NCBI RefSeq assembly: GCF_030684315.1
Contig: NC_081359.1
Location: 36,900,470-36,964,469, forward strand
From: Stegostoma tigrinum
Lineage: Eukaryota
Length of the DNA stretch: 64,000 bases
Direction of reading: 5' to 3'
The translations under genes were made by a program, and so were the position numbers. Within the stretch, counting starts at the first letter, position 1; each line of letters opens with the position of its first letter. Of the stretch, positions 12,929 through 25,944 are shown one piece after another. Below the pieces are notes generated by a model. It made no database searches. It worked only from the letters and a program-made list of their open reading frames with translations, and was not told the DNA's origin.

Positions 12929-13984
12929 AGTTGTGAAGGGTGAGTGAACTATATCAGAGTGGCAAAATGAGTGGATCTTGATTGGGACAGGAAAAGTTAT
13001 CCTGAAACTCTAAAATGTGCCATATAAATCCATTGAGTGAGCCTCGACAAAAAGGGAACAGTCAGAAGGGGCAGGATTTAATTAAAATTCTAATAATTTA
13101 ACTGAGATTGTATCAAATCTCTTTCTCTGCCTATTTCTCAAAAATAAATCTGTGAAATAATAAAAATTGTTACCCCTAATCCTATGCATATTTTGAGATT
13201 TTGACACAGCTCTTGACTTTAACCATCAGTAAAACAGTGTTATTTTCTCTGACCTTCCAAAGGTTGGTTTCTTTTATTTGAGTAGCTCCTTTGTGCACCA
13301 TAAGCCAAAATTCTGAAGTAATTTTGTCATTGAAAGAATATGAATCTTGGGTTAAATTTGGAATATACATGATCAGATTCTCTGAAGCTCTGAAATCAAT
13401 GAAAAAGGTTCTTGGCCGCTCAAAATTTCCAAATCAGTATACAATCTTTCTTGTCAGACACTTGAGTTTTCCATATTATCATCCTGTCAGATGCTTTAGG
13501 CATTTCTTAACAGAATGTCTGACATTAAAGTTTAAGGGCGTTCCTGTCAGATATACATGCCCTGTGCAAAGTTATGTGCCAAATACCAGTCTTTCTTTTA
13601 CTGCATTTTGGAAACTCAACAAAATTCAAGAAACTGAGAAGAATTCCACAGGCTGAGAAAATTACTACTTTCCTGATTATTGTTATAATCTTGGCATGAG
13701 GACACTGAAAGGTTTAGGCTATAACTCATTTTCATCAAGCCCTTAGAAAGTGTTGGGATTCCTAAGTGCTTTTTAATGTGTGGAGCCTCAAATGACCCCA
13801 AGCAAACCAGTGATACAAGTGCTGGAGGCTGGCATGTGAGTTGTGAACAATATGATTTCTTGCATTCTTCACTTTTCAGGGTTTGGTGAAGCTGAATGAA
13901 CCAAACTGTTAATTGTCAGATCTGTGCCCTACACCAAGCGCCATTCATAAAAGTAAACAAAAGAATAGAGGCAAGTTAAGCAGT

Positions 13985-14135
13985 ATCCTGGGAAGCACTG
14001 AAGACCAGAGAGACCGTGATGTGCATGTCCACTGGTCCCTAAAGTTAGCAGGAAGTAGAAGGTAAATTGGTTAAAAAGGCATTTTGTATTCATGTCTTCA
14101 TAAGCTGAGGCATAGAGTTTAGAAGCAGGGAGGTT
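13985..14135 (+). mobile_element. CR1 ORF2 internal fragment
   Basis: cagagagacc.tgatgtgcatgtccactggtccctaaag...aaaaaggcatt...gcatagagtttagaagcagggagg corresponds to the QRDLGV.VH.SLK...KKA...GIEYKS region. Confidence 0.55.
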
Positions 14136-14824
14136 TGTTTAAAGGGGAGGAAGAGCATTTACCCCATCATAGGTTACCCATCAGATCATAAAAAGTACTA
14201 TAAGGATGAATGAGCAGTGGACACTATACTTTAAAAAGAAAACAATATGGAATAATGGATGATGTGCCCTTACAAAATGGATTTGCTGGAGTGCTAGGTG
14301 TCTTCTGTTTGTGTTTTCTCAATAGAGACATAATTTTAATTCTATTGGAAAACATAACAAAATAACTGATTATTTAACTACTACAAGAACCAATTTCCAA
14401 TGTAGTAACATCCCATAAACACAACCCTCGAAAAGACAAAGTCATTAACATAGTTTGTCTCAAATGCAATTCCTAGAACAGGGGCAAAAAAACGCAAGCT
14501 TTTGGCTGTAATAGAGGGAGAGATGTGAAGGTTCCACAATCAGATTTAAAACCCCAGCAACTGCTAAAAGCTAAACTAAAACCCTGGTTCAGTGAGAGCC
14601 TGATTTCACATCTTCCTGTTGCTTCTACTGTTCTAAATTTTAAAAAAAGACCCCAAGGTGTCACAAATAGTTTACTATAAGGGCTTGAAAGCGACCAGCT
14701 ATCACCTCTGTCCCAAACTCTCTTAGGAAAAACAAGAACAAAATATGCATCTTAAAACCATAGTATTGTGACCATAAATTTAAAGAAACACTTTTACTAT
14801 TTAACCAAAGATAAAATGCAAGCT

Positions 14825-15345
14825 GCCAAAGTGGGAATTTGTCACTCTGCTCCTTGAACTTGCTCCATCATTCAACAAGATGAAGCCTGCTTTTCTAGCT
14901 CAGTCCTAATTCCTTATTTCCCTTAGTACTGGAAAAAAATTATAAAATTCAGTCCTGAATTTCTCAATGAGTAAACCCTCACACCTCTCTGAAGTAGATG
15001 ATTCAAAGACTCCGAAACATATTTATATTTGTCACAGTCCTAAATGGCCTTTCCCTTATTCTGTGAGTGTGATTGTGTGTTCTGAAATTTCCAGTCAGAG
15101 AAAAACATTATCTCAGTTTTTATCCCATCATGTCGCTGAAGAATCTTACATTTCAATTGGATTACTTCTCATAGCCCTAAATTATAGGGCTGTCTAGATC
15201 TAGTTTATGCATTCTTTCCTTATAGGGCAATACCTCTTTGCGGGAAGCAGTGCAGTAAATCTTCATTGCACACCCTTGAGTGCAAGAATGTCCTTTCTTA
15301 GGTAAGGATAATAAAAATGTACACAGCGCCATAGATATGGTTGGA
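14825..15345 (-). mobile_element. Degenerate CR1 3' region
   Basis: Similar by eye to the CR1 3' regions at 12638, 38495 and 51940. Confidence 0.45.
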
Positions 15346-15525
15346 TTCCATTGTCGTAAGATTTAAATGTTATTATAATTCAATCCTATTTCAACAAAAG
15401 CTAACATACAAAAATACTTCCATCCTTCAGGCTTACCACTCTCTTTTCCAATGTTATGTCTTTTACTTTCATCCATTGCAGTCCTTAATTCCTCGGAACA
15501 GCCCTGGGAGGATTACTTTCAGTGT

Positions 15526-17359
15526 AAGGCTTTTCCAAAGATCTGTAGCTCAGTTTGTGGATGAGGTTGTTGACTTGCTCGCCGAGCTGACTGATTTTCA
15601 TACAGATATTCCCACACAATGCTAGGTAACATCATCAGTGCAGTCTCTGATGAAGTGATGTTGTTCTACTCAACTTCGTATTTATGTGATCTGGTCGTTT
15701 ATGTTGGGTCGTGTTATTTCCGGTTCTGTTCTGCGTGGGTTTGTACATATGGTCTAATTCCACATGTGTGTTAATTGCATTACTGGTTGAAAACCACTCC
15801 TCTAGGAATGCCCATGCACGTCTGTGGTTGGCTTGAGCTAGGATGGTCACATTGTCCCCGTTAAATTAATGACCTTCGTTAACCAAATACACTGAAATAA
15901 GGGAAAGTTTGTCATGATGTTTTGCTGCTATTTAGTGTTTGTGTATCCTGATGGCTAGTTTCCTTCCAGTCTGGCCGATGTAACATTGGTTGCAGTCATT
16001 GCAGGTATTTTGTAAACTATGTTGGTCCTGCATGTCATGGGTTTGGGATCTTTGGTCCTTGTGAGTGTTTGTCATAATGTAGTTGTAGTTTTGTGTGCTA
16101 CCATGACCCTTCGTGGTTGTAGGAGTCTTGTTGTCAGTTCTGATACCTTCCTGATGTCCAGTAGTGTGACCAGTGCATTGGTACATACTGTATCCCTGCG
16201 GATGAAGCTTTTGGAGTATCTGTGTTAGCAAAGACCTTGTGTTCTTTCTCCTTCCTGTGTACGGCAGTGAGTTGTAGTCCATTTAAGTAGTGTCCTTACA
16301 TAGCTTTTTTTGTTGGACATTGGGGTGATTGCTGTGGAAATTGAGGATTTGTTTAGTGTGGGTTGCTGTCCTATATACTGTGGTTTGGAGCTCCTCATTG
16401 GTCATTCCTGGCATCCGGAAATGCAAATTGATTGCTGTCTTCCTCTCGTCTCATAAATTTGATCCCAATGAAAATGTTGTTGATGAGACGGTGTGTCTCT
16501 TCTAACTTGATGCATTTAATGATGACAAAGGTGCTGTCCACAGATCCCAGCAAAGCTGCATTAGGATACTATTCAAACAGGTCACAACCCACTGCAATAC
16601 GCCAGAACTATGCAGGAAGGAAGAAGGGCACCTATACAAAGTTTTTGCTAACAATGTATATACCAACAGTTTCATCCACAGGTGCCTACTAGATAGAAAA
16701 TGCCAAAAGGACACAGTATACCCCAATGGACTGGCACTCTTTATCATGAATATATAAGGACTGACAGAAACTTCTTGACCACTAGGTACCATGGTAACAC
16801 ACAAACCTATAGCTACTCTACAACAAACACGCACAAGGACCAAAGATCCCATATGCATGACATGCAGGACCAAAGTAGTTTACAAAATACCTAGTGATGT
16901 CTGCAACAAATGTTACATTGGCCAGAATGAAGGAAACCAGCCATCAGGATACATGAACACCAGCAGCATCAAAATGACACGATAAACTTTGCCTCATTTC
17001 AATGTACTCGGACAATGAAGGCCATTAATTTAATTGGGACAACGTGACCATCCTAGCTTAAGCCAACCACAGACATGCATGGGACTTCCTAGAGGCCTGG
17101 TTTTCAACCCGGAATGCAATCAACAAACATGTTGAATTAGATACCATACACAAACTCATGCAGAAGAGAGTCAGAAATAACACGACACAACTTAACAAAC
17201 TCTTATCTCTGATATTATTTTAACAAACTGAATTATATTAATACCAAATGGAGTAGAACAACATTGCTTCATTGGAGGCCACACCGAAGATGCTAACCCA
17301 GCATGGTGATGAAGTGTCTGGATGATAACCAGCCAGCTCAGCAAGCAAGCCAACAACCT
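15526..17359. mobile_element. Fold-back Penelope-like element, second family (family B)
   Basis: Minus arm ~15526-16520 and plus arm ~16530-17359 both encode GIY-YIG motifs (CNDCNQCYIGQTGRKLAIRIHKH; VVYKIPSDVCNKCYIGQ; RAWAFLEEWFS). CpG-decayed TSD gattactttcagtgt (15511-15525) / gattacttttggcgc (17360-17374). Confidence 0.85.
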
Positions 17360-18999
17360 GATTACTTTTGGCGCTTTTCTTTGAGTCTTAAGGGAATCTG
17401 CATTTATTGCAACTGTTAATTCTTTAAATGCTAACTATTACTTAGATATTGCCACATCTGTTAATGTATATTTGCGATTTAGTTTAACCTTGTAACTAAA
17501 CAGATTATTTTGTTTAAACTTAGTACCCACACTACAGACTTGAATAAATAACTTTCAGATCAAGAAATCCTTTTCAAGATAAGATTATTATTGAATCCTT
17601 TCTCATAGCACAATATTAATATTAATACTAACATAATCTGTTTCTGAATTGATTCCTAGACATAGTATTTTTGAGAATTTATATTTTTCTGTGAAACCAT
17701 CTCCAAATGTTTTTTTTTCCAAATCAGATTTGCCTTGATGATTGTAAAGTTTAAAATTCAAGTTGATAATAATTTTAATAGATCTAATAATTTTATTGTT
17801 TTCATCTTTGGATTCCTGATTTACATTCTGCCTTGCATTTCAAATACTTTTAGGCTACTCTTAAACAACGCAATCTAACATTTCCTGCACCTTACTGTTT
17901 CTTAGCTCCATGTAAATTGATTCTAAATCTTGATTTTCTGAACCAAATTAATTTTACATTACATGTTCAATCCCATCCTTTATTATCAGGGATATGGCTC
18001 CTCATTTTCCATATTTTCATGGTCACAGAAGAAGAAAAAGTATTCTCAAACCTTCTAAAATTAACATATCCTGGAATATTTAGCTCACAACATCAATCAC
18101 TTTGCAACCTTCAATCAAACTTATGAATTCATATCTATGGTTTTAACTGACCTAAATTGAGCTTTTTTTTTCCAATTTACACCGAAATCACATTAGGCAC
18201 TAAAATCCCATTAATGTTTTTGTTAATTTCTCTTCTTTTCTGACCTACTCAAGTTATTGTTATGCAAAACACTGGTCTGCTGCAAAACAATGATTTTATT
18301 TTTTCCCATACTTTCGGCTTTACTTTAAAGAAAGCATGGGAAAATGTTTTGATTCCAGAATTTTTTTTTGCCAGATATACTTATCTTTCAATCATAATTT
18401 GCCAACAGCCGTGATCTTTTAACACTTTCCAAGCAAGTAATGAGCCATTTAACCAGTAGGAATCTCCCAAACTTCATCAGTGCTGTTGTGGAGTGTGCAA
18501 TTGGAAGGAAGAGTGACAGAACACCAGCGGAGAAAAGCACATTTCAGCAAGGAACTACTCCAAGCCCCACTCGGTGTTTTAATGGAGTATCACAGTCATA
18601 ATTATGGTGGTTGAGGATAGAGGGCAATTAAGCAGAAAATGAGACATACATCATAGTCTATCTCCCAGATGGTAAACATAACTCTCAGGATTGAGAGGGG
18701 TTTAGGAAAAAAAAGATGGGTAACTTACAAGGTTAGACGTGAATTTTCATTCATGTTATCAACACTGAAAACATAATAGCAGCTTGGAAATTCATTCTTT
18801 AAAAGGAATCTGGGCAGACAAAGGCTTCCAATAAAATCAGTAAATTAGAATAGCAGACAGTGCTATACATGGCATTGTGGAAGACAGAATTGATTGAAAG
18901 GGAAGAATTCAGTGAGTCAAATGAGTACTATTATTTTCCCTTTTCTTTTGTTCAAAAGCAAATGGAAATAAATGCACCCCCACCCCACCCAGATGAAAA

Positions 19000-20090
19000 T
19001 TGTAGCACATTCTAAGGACCATGACTTAGACATGCTTAGAACAGGCTCATTGCTGACATCCAAGCCATTGGAAAGAAAATTTGTTGATGGAGTGCAACAA
19101 GTGGCTGATCTGCTATGGCCCTTTTATTAACCACATACCAAAATAGATGGCTTAGTTGTTCTATTGGAAAGTTGGACAAACATTCATAACTGATATATTC
19201 AAATCTATTTTTAGAAAAACAATACATAGCCCTGAAATTGTTGTTCAAAATTCAATAGTGCCACGAATTCAGCATTCTATCCTTTGTAGCCAATTTTCTC
19301 ATTCAGCATGATGTCATTCAGCATGCTGTGTTCATCCAGCTCCACACTTCGTTATCTGGGATCAGTAATGGCCTTGTACAATTTGGACCAGTTATGTTAT
19401 TTCAGATACCCTTGTCAGTATCCATGTATATGTTACTGGATTTATGAATTGCACTGGTTTGTCAAATTTGTAATTATATTCATTCTCTGTCTAATCGCTG
19501 GTCATCTGTCTGTTTCATTCTTCTCTGTCTTTGAAGAGGAATGCTCTGTGTTTCAAAATGGTTCAACAATTTGTTTTAAGGCAAGAAACTTTGCACTTGT
19601 CTTCTGAGTTAAAGTTGTGCTGGGGATTGTGGTCCAGTCTCCTAATTGAGTGCTCATGTGTTTCCTTGGAGGATTGATGAATATGGGTCCATCCTCCTCG
19701 GAATGCAATATTGCCTTTTCATGAAAATTATTGTTCATGCCAAATAAATCTAGGTAGATGCGTTTGACATTGCTGAATGATTCATTTGCATTATGCTTGG
19801 CCTGTTATACCACAATGGCCGTTGCTTGAATCTCATGAATGGTTACCAGATATTGAGATCTGTGCATAGTGACAGACATGCCACTGCTGGAGTATTAGTA
19901 TTTACTAGGTTAAAGATTTTTGGAAGCTAAGCAGAGCTTGTATATTGGCACTGCACGAGTGACTGTGATACCATATAGACTTAGTGATCTGTTTTATGCT
20001 GTGAGACAGTTTCTCCAAGGCTATACCGTGGAGCATCACTTTCTAGGATAGATGCCTTTTAGAATAAATAATAATAAAATATTTGTACTA
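19000..20090 (-). mobile_element. Ancient Gypsy-like pol remnant (part 2)
   Basis: Minus-strand HSEEDGPIFINPPRK resembles the pre-RT PR.VP region, and EFVALLNFEQQFQGYVL resembles the RNase H E.LA..G.E.F..Y motif. Very degenerate. Confidence 0.35.
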
Positions 20091-20094
20091 GCTT

Positions 20095-21510
20095 AGAGTC
20101 ATAAAGTAATAGTGTCTTACAGATCCATCGGCCCAAACTTGTCCATGCCGACCAAATGCCCATCCACACTAACCCCATTTCCGTGCAATTGGTCCATATC
20201 CTTCTAAACCTTTCCTATTTATGTGTTCATCCAAATGCCTTTTAAATGTTAATGTACTGTTGGCAACTCATTCCATATCTGTACCATTCTCTGTGTAAAA
20301 AACTTGCCCCTCAGGTTTCCATGCATTCTTTCCCCTCTTACCTTAAACTGATGCCCTCTAACCTTCAATTCCCCAAGCCTGGGAAAAAGACTGAGTGAAT
20401 TCACCCACTCCATGCCGCTCACGATCTTATAAGATACCTCCTCAGTCTCTTATGCTCTAAAAAAAAGTCCTAGCTAGTCCAAAGTCTCCCGATAACTCAG
20501 CCCCTTGAGGTCCTGGCAAAATCCTTGTAAATTTTTTTCTGTACTCTTTGCAGTTTAATAGCATCCTTCCTGTAGCAAGGTGACCAAAACTGAACACAAT
20601 TCTGTGCTCCTGAGATGCTGCTTGGCCTGCTGTGTTCATCCAGCCTCACATTTTATTATCTTACAATTCTCCAAGTGCGGCCTTTCCAATGTCCTGTACA
20701 ACTGCAACACAACTTCTCAACTTCTATACTCAATGCCCTAACTGATGAAGGCCAGTGTGCTAAAAGTCTTCTTCACTGGCCTGTCTACCTGTGATTCCAC
20801 TTTCAGAGAACCGTGCACCTGCACTCCAAGCTTCCTCTGTTCCACTATACTGCTTAAGACGCTATCATTCACGATGAAATGCTTACCCTGACTTGACTTT
20901 CCAAAGTGTGACACCTCACACTTGTCTATATTAGACTCCATTTGCCATTTCTCAGCCCACTTCCCCAGATGATCAAGATCCTGCTGAAATTTCTGATAAC
21001 CTTCCTCACTGTCCACGGTACCACCTATTTTATTGTTTTCTGTGAACTTACTAGTCGTGTCTCATCCAAATCATTGATATAGATAACAAACAGCAGTGGA
21101 TCCAGCACCAACTCCTGAGACACACCACTAGTCACAGGCCTCCAGTCCAACAAGCATTCTTCCACTATTACTGTCTGCTTCCTACCATCAAACAAATTGT
21201 GTACCCAGTTTACGAATTCTCCCTGGATTCCAGGTGACCTAACCTTCCAGATCAGCCCACACTGTGGAACCTTATCAAAGGCCTTACTGAAATCCATATA
21301 GCCAATGTCTACCATCCTGCCCTCATCAACCTTCTTGACCACTTCATCAAAAAACTTTAACAAATTTTTGAGGCATGATCTCTCATGCATGAGGTCACCC
21401 TGACTTCTAATCAAACCTCGTCTTTCTATATGCTTGTATATTTTATCCTTCAGAGCCTTCCTAAGTAACTTGCGTACCACAGATGTTAAAGTTATTGGTC
21501 TCTCATTCCC
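20095..21510 (-). mobile_element. CR1/HER1 LINE, 5'-truncated ORF2 to 3' end
   Basis: ORFs contain YMDFSKAFDKVP, VTSGVSQELVLDPLLFVIYINDLD and QQDLDHLGKWAEKWQM. A 3' tail is present at ~20095. Confidence 0.92.
20604..20662 (+). mobile_element. 59-bp PLE 3'-end micro-insertion inside CR1
   Basis: gtgctcctgagatgctgcttggcctgctgtgttcatccagcctcacattttattatctt matches the PLE 3' end near 33747-33805. 8-bp TSD acaattct at 20596-20603 and 20663-20670. Confidence 0.85.
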
Positions 21511-22300
21511 AGCTGCTGTGTTGATTTTGACCTTGAAGCTTTTTTTTGATTCATATGATGGTCACCGTTATACACGGTGACAGAGGTTGGCAATACAATA
21601 GGCATGGCCATCTTTCAAAACATGCTTTTGCTTTGTTGACTGTACTTCATTGATATGTTTGTGTACATTTAAACAGCTTCCCTTACTGTCAGGGAGATGG
21701 TGTTGTATCAGCTATGCCTTGTTCTGGGGTCTGGGTTACCATTTGAGACCAAATCTTCTGCACCCATGCACAATGTTATTTGATGCCATGTGTTTTACGA
21801 ATGTTTTGAGTAGATGCGACAAACTGCATCTGTGACAGATCTTAGTGGTTTTGTATACTTTGCTAACCATAGCAATAGTGCTTCTACATCTATTATGTAA
21901 TTTGTCTGCAACAACAGCTTCATGCCAGTATCCATCTTCTACAAAGGCATCAATGGTATGGACCCTTTTCATATTCAGAAGATCTCTCCTGAAGGTTTTG
22001 ATTAGTATAGAGATGTAGAAGTGACTACTAATTCAGTTCACCTCTGAGTTTTTATTTAAAGCAAAGCCTTTGCTGTGGCTTCTTGCAATCATTGTCTTCG
22101 TGTTTAATCTGCATGACATGCATTGCAGTGTGTGATTTTGGAATCTGATATTTGATATTCTTGAGCTGGTCTTCAATTGTTCTTCAGAGTTTCTCCCTGT
22201 TTCCAAAATTATACTTGGAAAGACTGGATGCACTTATTCTACGTAAATCCTCCTTGTCTATAGCATATAATATTTTCAGAGATCAGCTCTCTAGATCATT
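21511..22300 (-). mobile_element. Ancient Gypsy-like gag-protease remnant (part 1)
   Basis: ORF 21736-21972 has CHRCSLSH...HGCRRFG, resembling tandem gag zinc knuckles. Minus-strand FKVKINTAA near 21511-21540 resembles the protease motif FK.DTGA. Confidence 0.5.
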
Positions 22301-22557
22301 TATTAATTGATCTGTGAAATACAGGTGAATGCATTGCTTAAATAGCGATAGTTCAATGAAAGAAACACAATTTTCTATTAAAAATACATAATTAAGAGTT
22401 TGCCTTCATTTCTTGATGAAGATCTGTGGCTTTCTTTAACTTGGGTCATTTCCCATAATTTTCTTATCCCCTATTTTCACTTAATTCTTCAATGTAATAT
22501 TCCTCTAATGAGTATTGATGGCTTTGTCTTTAATAGCACTGTGCGGGGCACCAGTGG

Positions 22558-22830
22558 TGGGGCAGCATGGCGTCTCAGTGGTTAGCACTGCTACCTCACA
22601 GTGCTAAAGACTTGGGATTGATTCTGTGTGATGTTTGCACATTTGCTCCATGTCTGTGCGGGTTTCTTACAGGTTCTCTGGTTTCTTCCCACAGTCCAGC
22701 AATGTGAAGGGTGGGTAGATGGAAATGCAGGGATAGGGTAGGAGGTGGTCTGAGCAGGGTGATCCACAGAGGGTTGGTGTGACTCAGTGGGTCAAATGGC
22801 AACTTCCACACTGTTGGGATTCTAAGATTA
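22558..22830 (+). mobile_element. HE1-type tRNA-derived SINE
   Basis: ggggcagcatggcgtctcagtggttagcactgctacctcacag head, tgtgtgatgtttgcacatt V-core, and a HER1-like tail ending ccacactgttgggattcta. Confidence 0.8.
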
Positions 22831-23859
22831 AGGGCCATTGTAACAGGGTTTAGCCATTAATTTGAATTTGGATTAAATAAGGAGCAATGATGGAAGTACT
22901 AGATAATTTCAACAGATCTGGCAGAATCTGTGGAAATAAAAGTACTAACAGAGAGTTAACATTTTGGGTTTAATATGACATAATACAAGCTATCATGCTG
23001 AATTGGAGAAACAAAAAGCAAATGATCTTCGTAAAAACGTAAGATCGTTCAGTTCAGAAAATCACTTTTTTTCAATGCTTATAGATCTGCTTTCTTCAAA
23101 CAAGACGGCTCTGTATTTAATGTGGACCTACAAGAAGCCTTTGACTGCTTTCTGTTACTTTTATATGTGGAAGTAAGCTGAAGCTTTGATTGTTTTAGAA
23201 TAGAGATATAGAGTTTCAGATTTTTAATTTGCTGATTTGTACTTGCAGAAAACTTTTGCTTTAATTCATTTGAAGTTCTGTACTGTTGTCTAGCTGATCT
23301 TCAGAGTTGCTTTCAACATCAACAATTGAGATTTCAGAGTTTTCTATAGGCAGTTACTGCTCAATGCTACCACCATGAGATACGTTGGCTTTAGGAGTTG
23401 TTTCTTTAAAATGGATACCAAAGTTAAGCTTGACCTATTCTTCCCTCATGATCTGCTAGAGATGCAGTGACGAGTCAGTCAGGTATTCACATTTGGTAAT
23501 GTGATGCTTATTTAAGTTTCCGTACCTTAAGAACTAGATTTGAGTCTCATATTGCTGAAAAGGTTCAATAGATGTTTGTTACTGCTCCCGGTATCTACAT
23601 ATATTATAATCACAGGCACTGCTGTGTCTGAGCTAGTTCTGAACTATTCAGTTGTAAACTGTAGCTACCCTCCCATAGTGTGTTGTGCTGCAAGTGACCC
23701 CAGTAAGATGGAAATAGAGATTTTTATACCATCAGAACATATGCTGTGGTTCATTTGATTTATTATCGTACCATGCCCACAGGTACATGAAAATTTCTGT
23801 TTTTTTTAAACAAGCTACTTGACAAAACACATTCACACTGATTTTCTCCAAACTGCATC

Positions 23860-24132
23860 CCGCCCAGAATCACCCCCCTACCCTATCCCTGTATTCCCCA
23901 TGGCCAATCCACCTAACCTACACATCCCTGGACAGTAGGGGCAGTTTCGCACAGCCAATCCACCTAACCTGCACAACTTTGGACTATGGGAGGAACCATA
24001 GAACTCAGAGGAAACTCACACTAACAGAGGGAGAATGTGCAAACTCCACACAGATTATTACCCAAGGCTGGAATTGAACCTAGGTCCCTGGCGCTATGAG
24101 GTAACAGCACTGACTGCAGAGCCACCATGCTG
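23860..24132 (-). mobile_element. HE1-type SINE
   Basis: Reverse complement of the HE1 head and core (gggagaatgtgcaaactccacacaga...gaacctaggtccctggcgct...gagccaccatgc), with a duplicated ccaatccacctaacct. Confidence 0.85.
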
Positions 24133-24194
24133 TACAATACAGACAAATCATACCATACACTGTGCATCGGGTTAATAGAACAAAGCAAAGAGTA

Positions 24195-24890
24195 CATTGT
24201 TACACCATGCCACTAATAATTCTATCTCTTTCCTGCATTCTGCCTCATCATTTGAGATCCGCCCTGCAATAGTGGTTTCATCAGTGAATTTGCTGATGAA
24301 GTTAGGCCCGGAATTTGACCACAATGTCATGAGTGTGTAGGAGAATAGTAGGGGGATGAGTATGCAGCTTTGCAGGGCACTGGTGTTGAGGATTCTCATA
24401 GGAGATGTTGTTGTCTGTTCTCACTGATTTCAGTATGTGGGTCCAGTTCCAGAGGGTGGAACAGAGACTTAGGTTTCGGAGTTTGGAGATTAGTTTGGTT
24501 AGAATTATGGTGTGCAAGACAGAGCTATAGTCAACAATTAGAAGCCTGATGTAGGTATCCTTATGATCCAGCTGTTCCAGGGAGGAGTGTCAGGCCAGGA
24601 AGGTGGCATCTGCAGTGGACTTGTTGTGACAGTAGGCAAATTGCAGAGGATCAGGCATGCTGGAAGGGTAGAATTGATTTGAGCCATGATTAATGTCTCA
24701 AAGCGCTTCATAATTTTAGAGGTCAAAGCCACTGGATGGTAGTCATTGAGACACTCCGCATGAGTTTTCTTTGGCACCAGGATGATGGTGGTCTTCTTGA
24801 AGCAAATGGGGACTTCAGACAGTAGCAAGGAGAGGTTAAAGACATCAGCAAATACTCCTCCTAGCTGATATGTGCAGTTTCTGCGTGTCG
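24195..24890 (-). mobile_element. Rex1/Babar-clade LINE RT fragment
   Basis: ORF 24538-24897 QLGGVFADVFNLSL...CFKKTTIILVPKK...CLNDYHPVALTS.IMK.FE, plus ISKFTDETTIAGRIS. Confidence 0.85.
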
Positions 24891-25199
24891 AAATCATGAG
24901 TTTAACATTTTTTTAAGATATATTGCATACTAACTGTGAAACATTACATAACTGTCCCTGTGGCTCCTTGATCTTTATCTCCAAGTCACTTATGTGTTGT
25001 AACACTCCTTTATTAATATCTGTACATTATAAGTTATCAAATATAACTCTCCAGGGCAGTTTCAAAAGATTATGTCATCAAATTCTCATTGTTGACTGGT
25101 GATTTTTCTCACACTGATGTCAAAGTGATTTGATTATTTACAATATCATGATTTGCATGAATCTCATAACAGAACAATCAATATTCAGAGCACCATTGC

Positions 25200-25580
25200 C
25201 TAAAAATTCAAACATTGGCCCAGAAACCCAGAAATATACTCCGCTGCAGCACTTGAAGGAATGCTACCACATCTACAGTGCCGCATTTTATTTGAACTGT
25301 TAAACTGAAGTGTCATCTGACCCCTCAGGTAAATGCAAAAGATATCTCGGGAGTATTTTGAACAGCATGGGAATTATCATTCTCTGTTTTATCAACATTA
25401 ATCTAAAGTGTTTGATCTAATCAGAATCAGCTTGTTATTTCTAGGAGCTTTCCATGCTCAATGTGGGTTTGCTCTACAGACGATAGTTATTATACTTCAA
25501 AAGATGCATAATTGGCAACGAAAGACATTGGGAATATTGAGATTGTTGAAAAGTGCAAACACAAATGCAAATCTTTCCAA
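25200..25580 (+). mobile_element. Deu-core SINE (SacSINE1-like)
   Basis: gttaaactgaag...ctcaggtaaatgcaaaagat core and a 3' end aaaagtgcaaacacaaatgcaaatctttc. Confidence 0.55.
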
Positions 25581-25944
25581 TTTCCATCTTTTCAATGTCT
25601 AGTTGCCCACTTCATTTCGAAATTTGTCCCGACATTGATATGGAGTAGAAACTTATGCAATAGAAGTATATTGAATATTCGCTTCAGTCCTTTCATTGTT
25701 CTGTCAACTGTGCGTAATATTTGTTAGAAGCAGAAGAGCCTGACAATATATTGGCTCCTTTCTCCAGAGATCTGAAGTTAGATAACAATTTTTCCAACTC
25801 AGTTGAGTAACCTTAAGAACTGTCCACCATCACCTATGGATTGAACCATTTATATTTACACTAAAAACATGCTTCCAATTATTAGGTAATAAAATGTGAG
25901 GCTGGATGAATGCAGCAGGCCCAGCAGCATCTCAGGAGCACAAA

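Noticed and set aside
13291-13656. 121-aa ORF and other short AT-rich ORFs as host exons
   Set aside because: No recognisable domain, no consistent splice structure, and lengths compatible with chance.
14140-14775. Possible solo LTRs (also ~10530-10800, ~45760-46305, ~59380-59620)
   Set aside because: They look repeat-like, but I could not define TG...CA ends with TSDs or a matching partner LTR.
22558-22625. tRNA-like sequence (also at 24060-24132 and 27805-27870)
   Set aside because: These are SINE heads followed by the V-core and a LINE-derived tail, with no complete cloverleaf.
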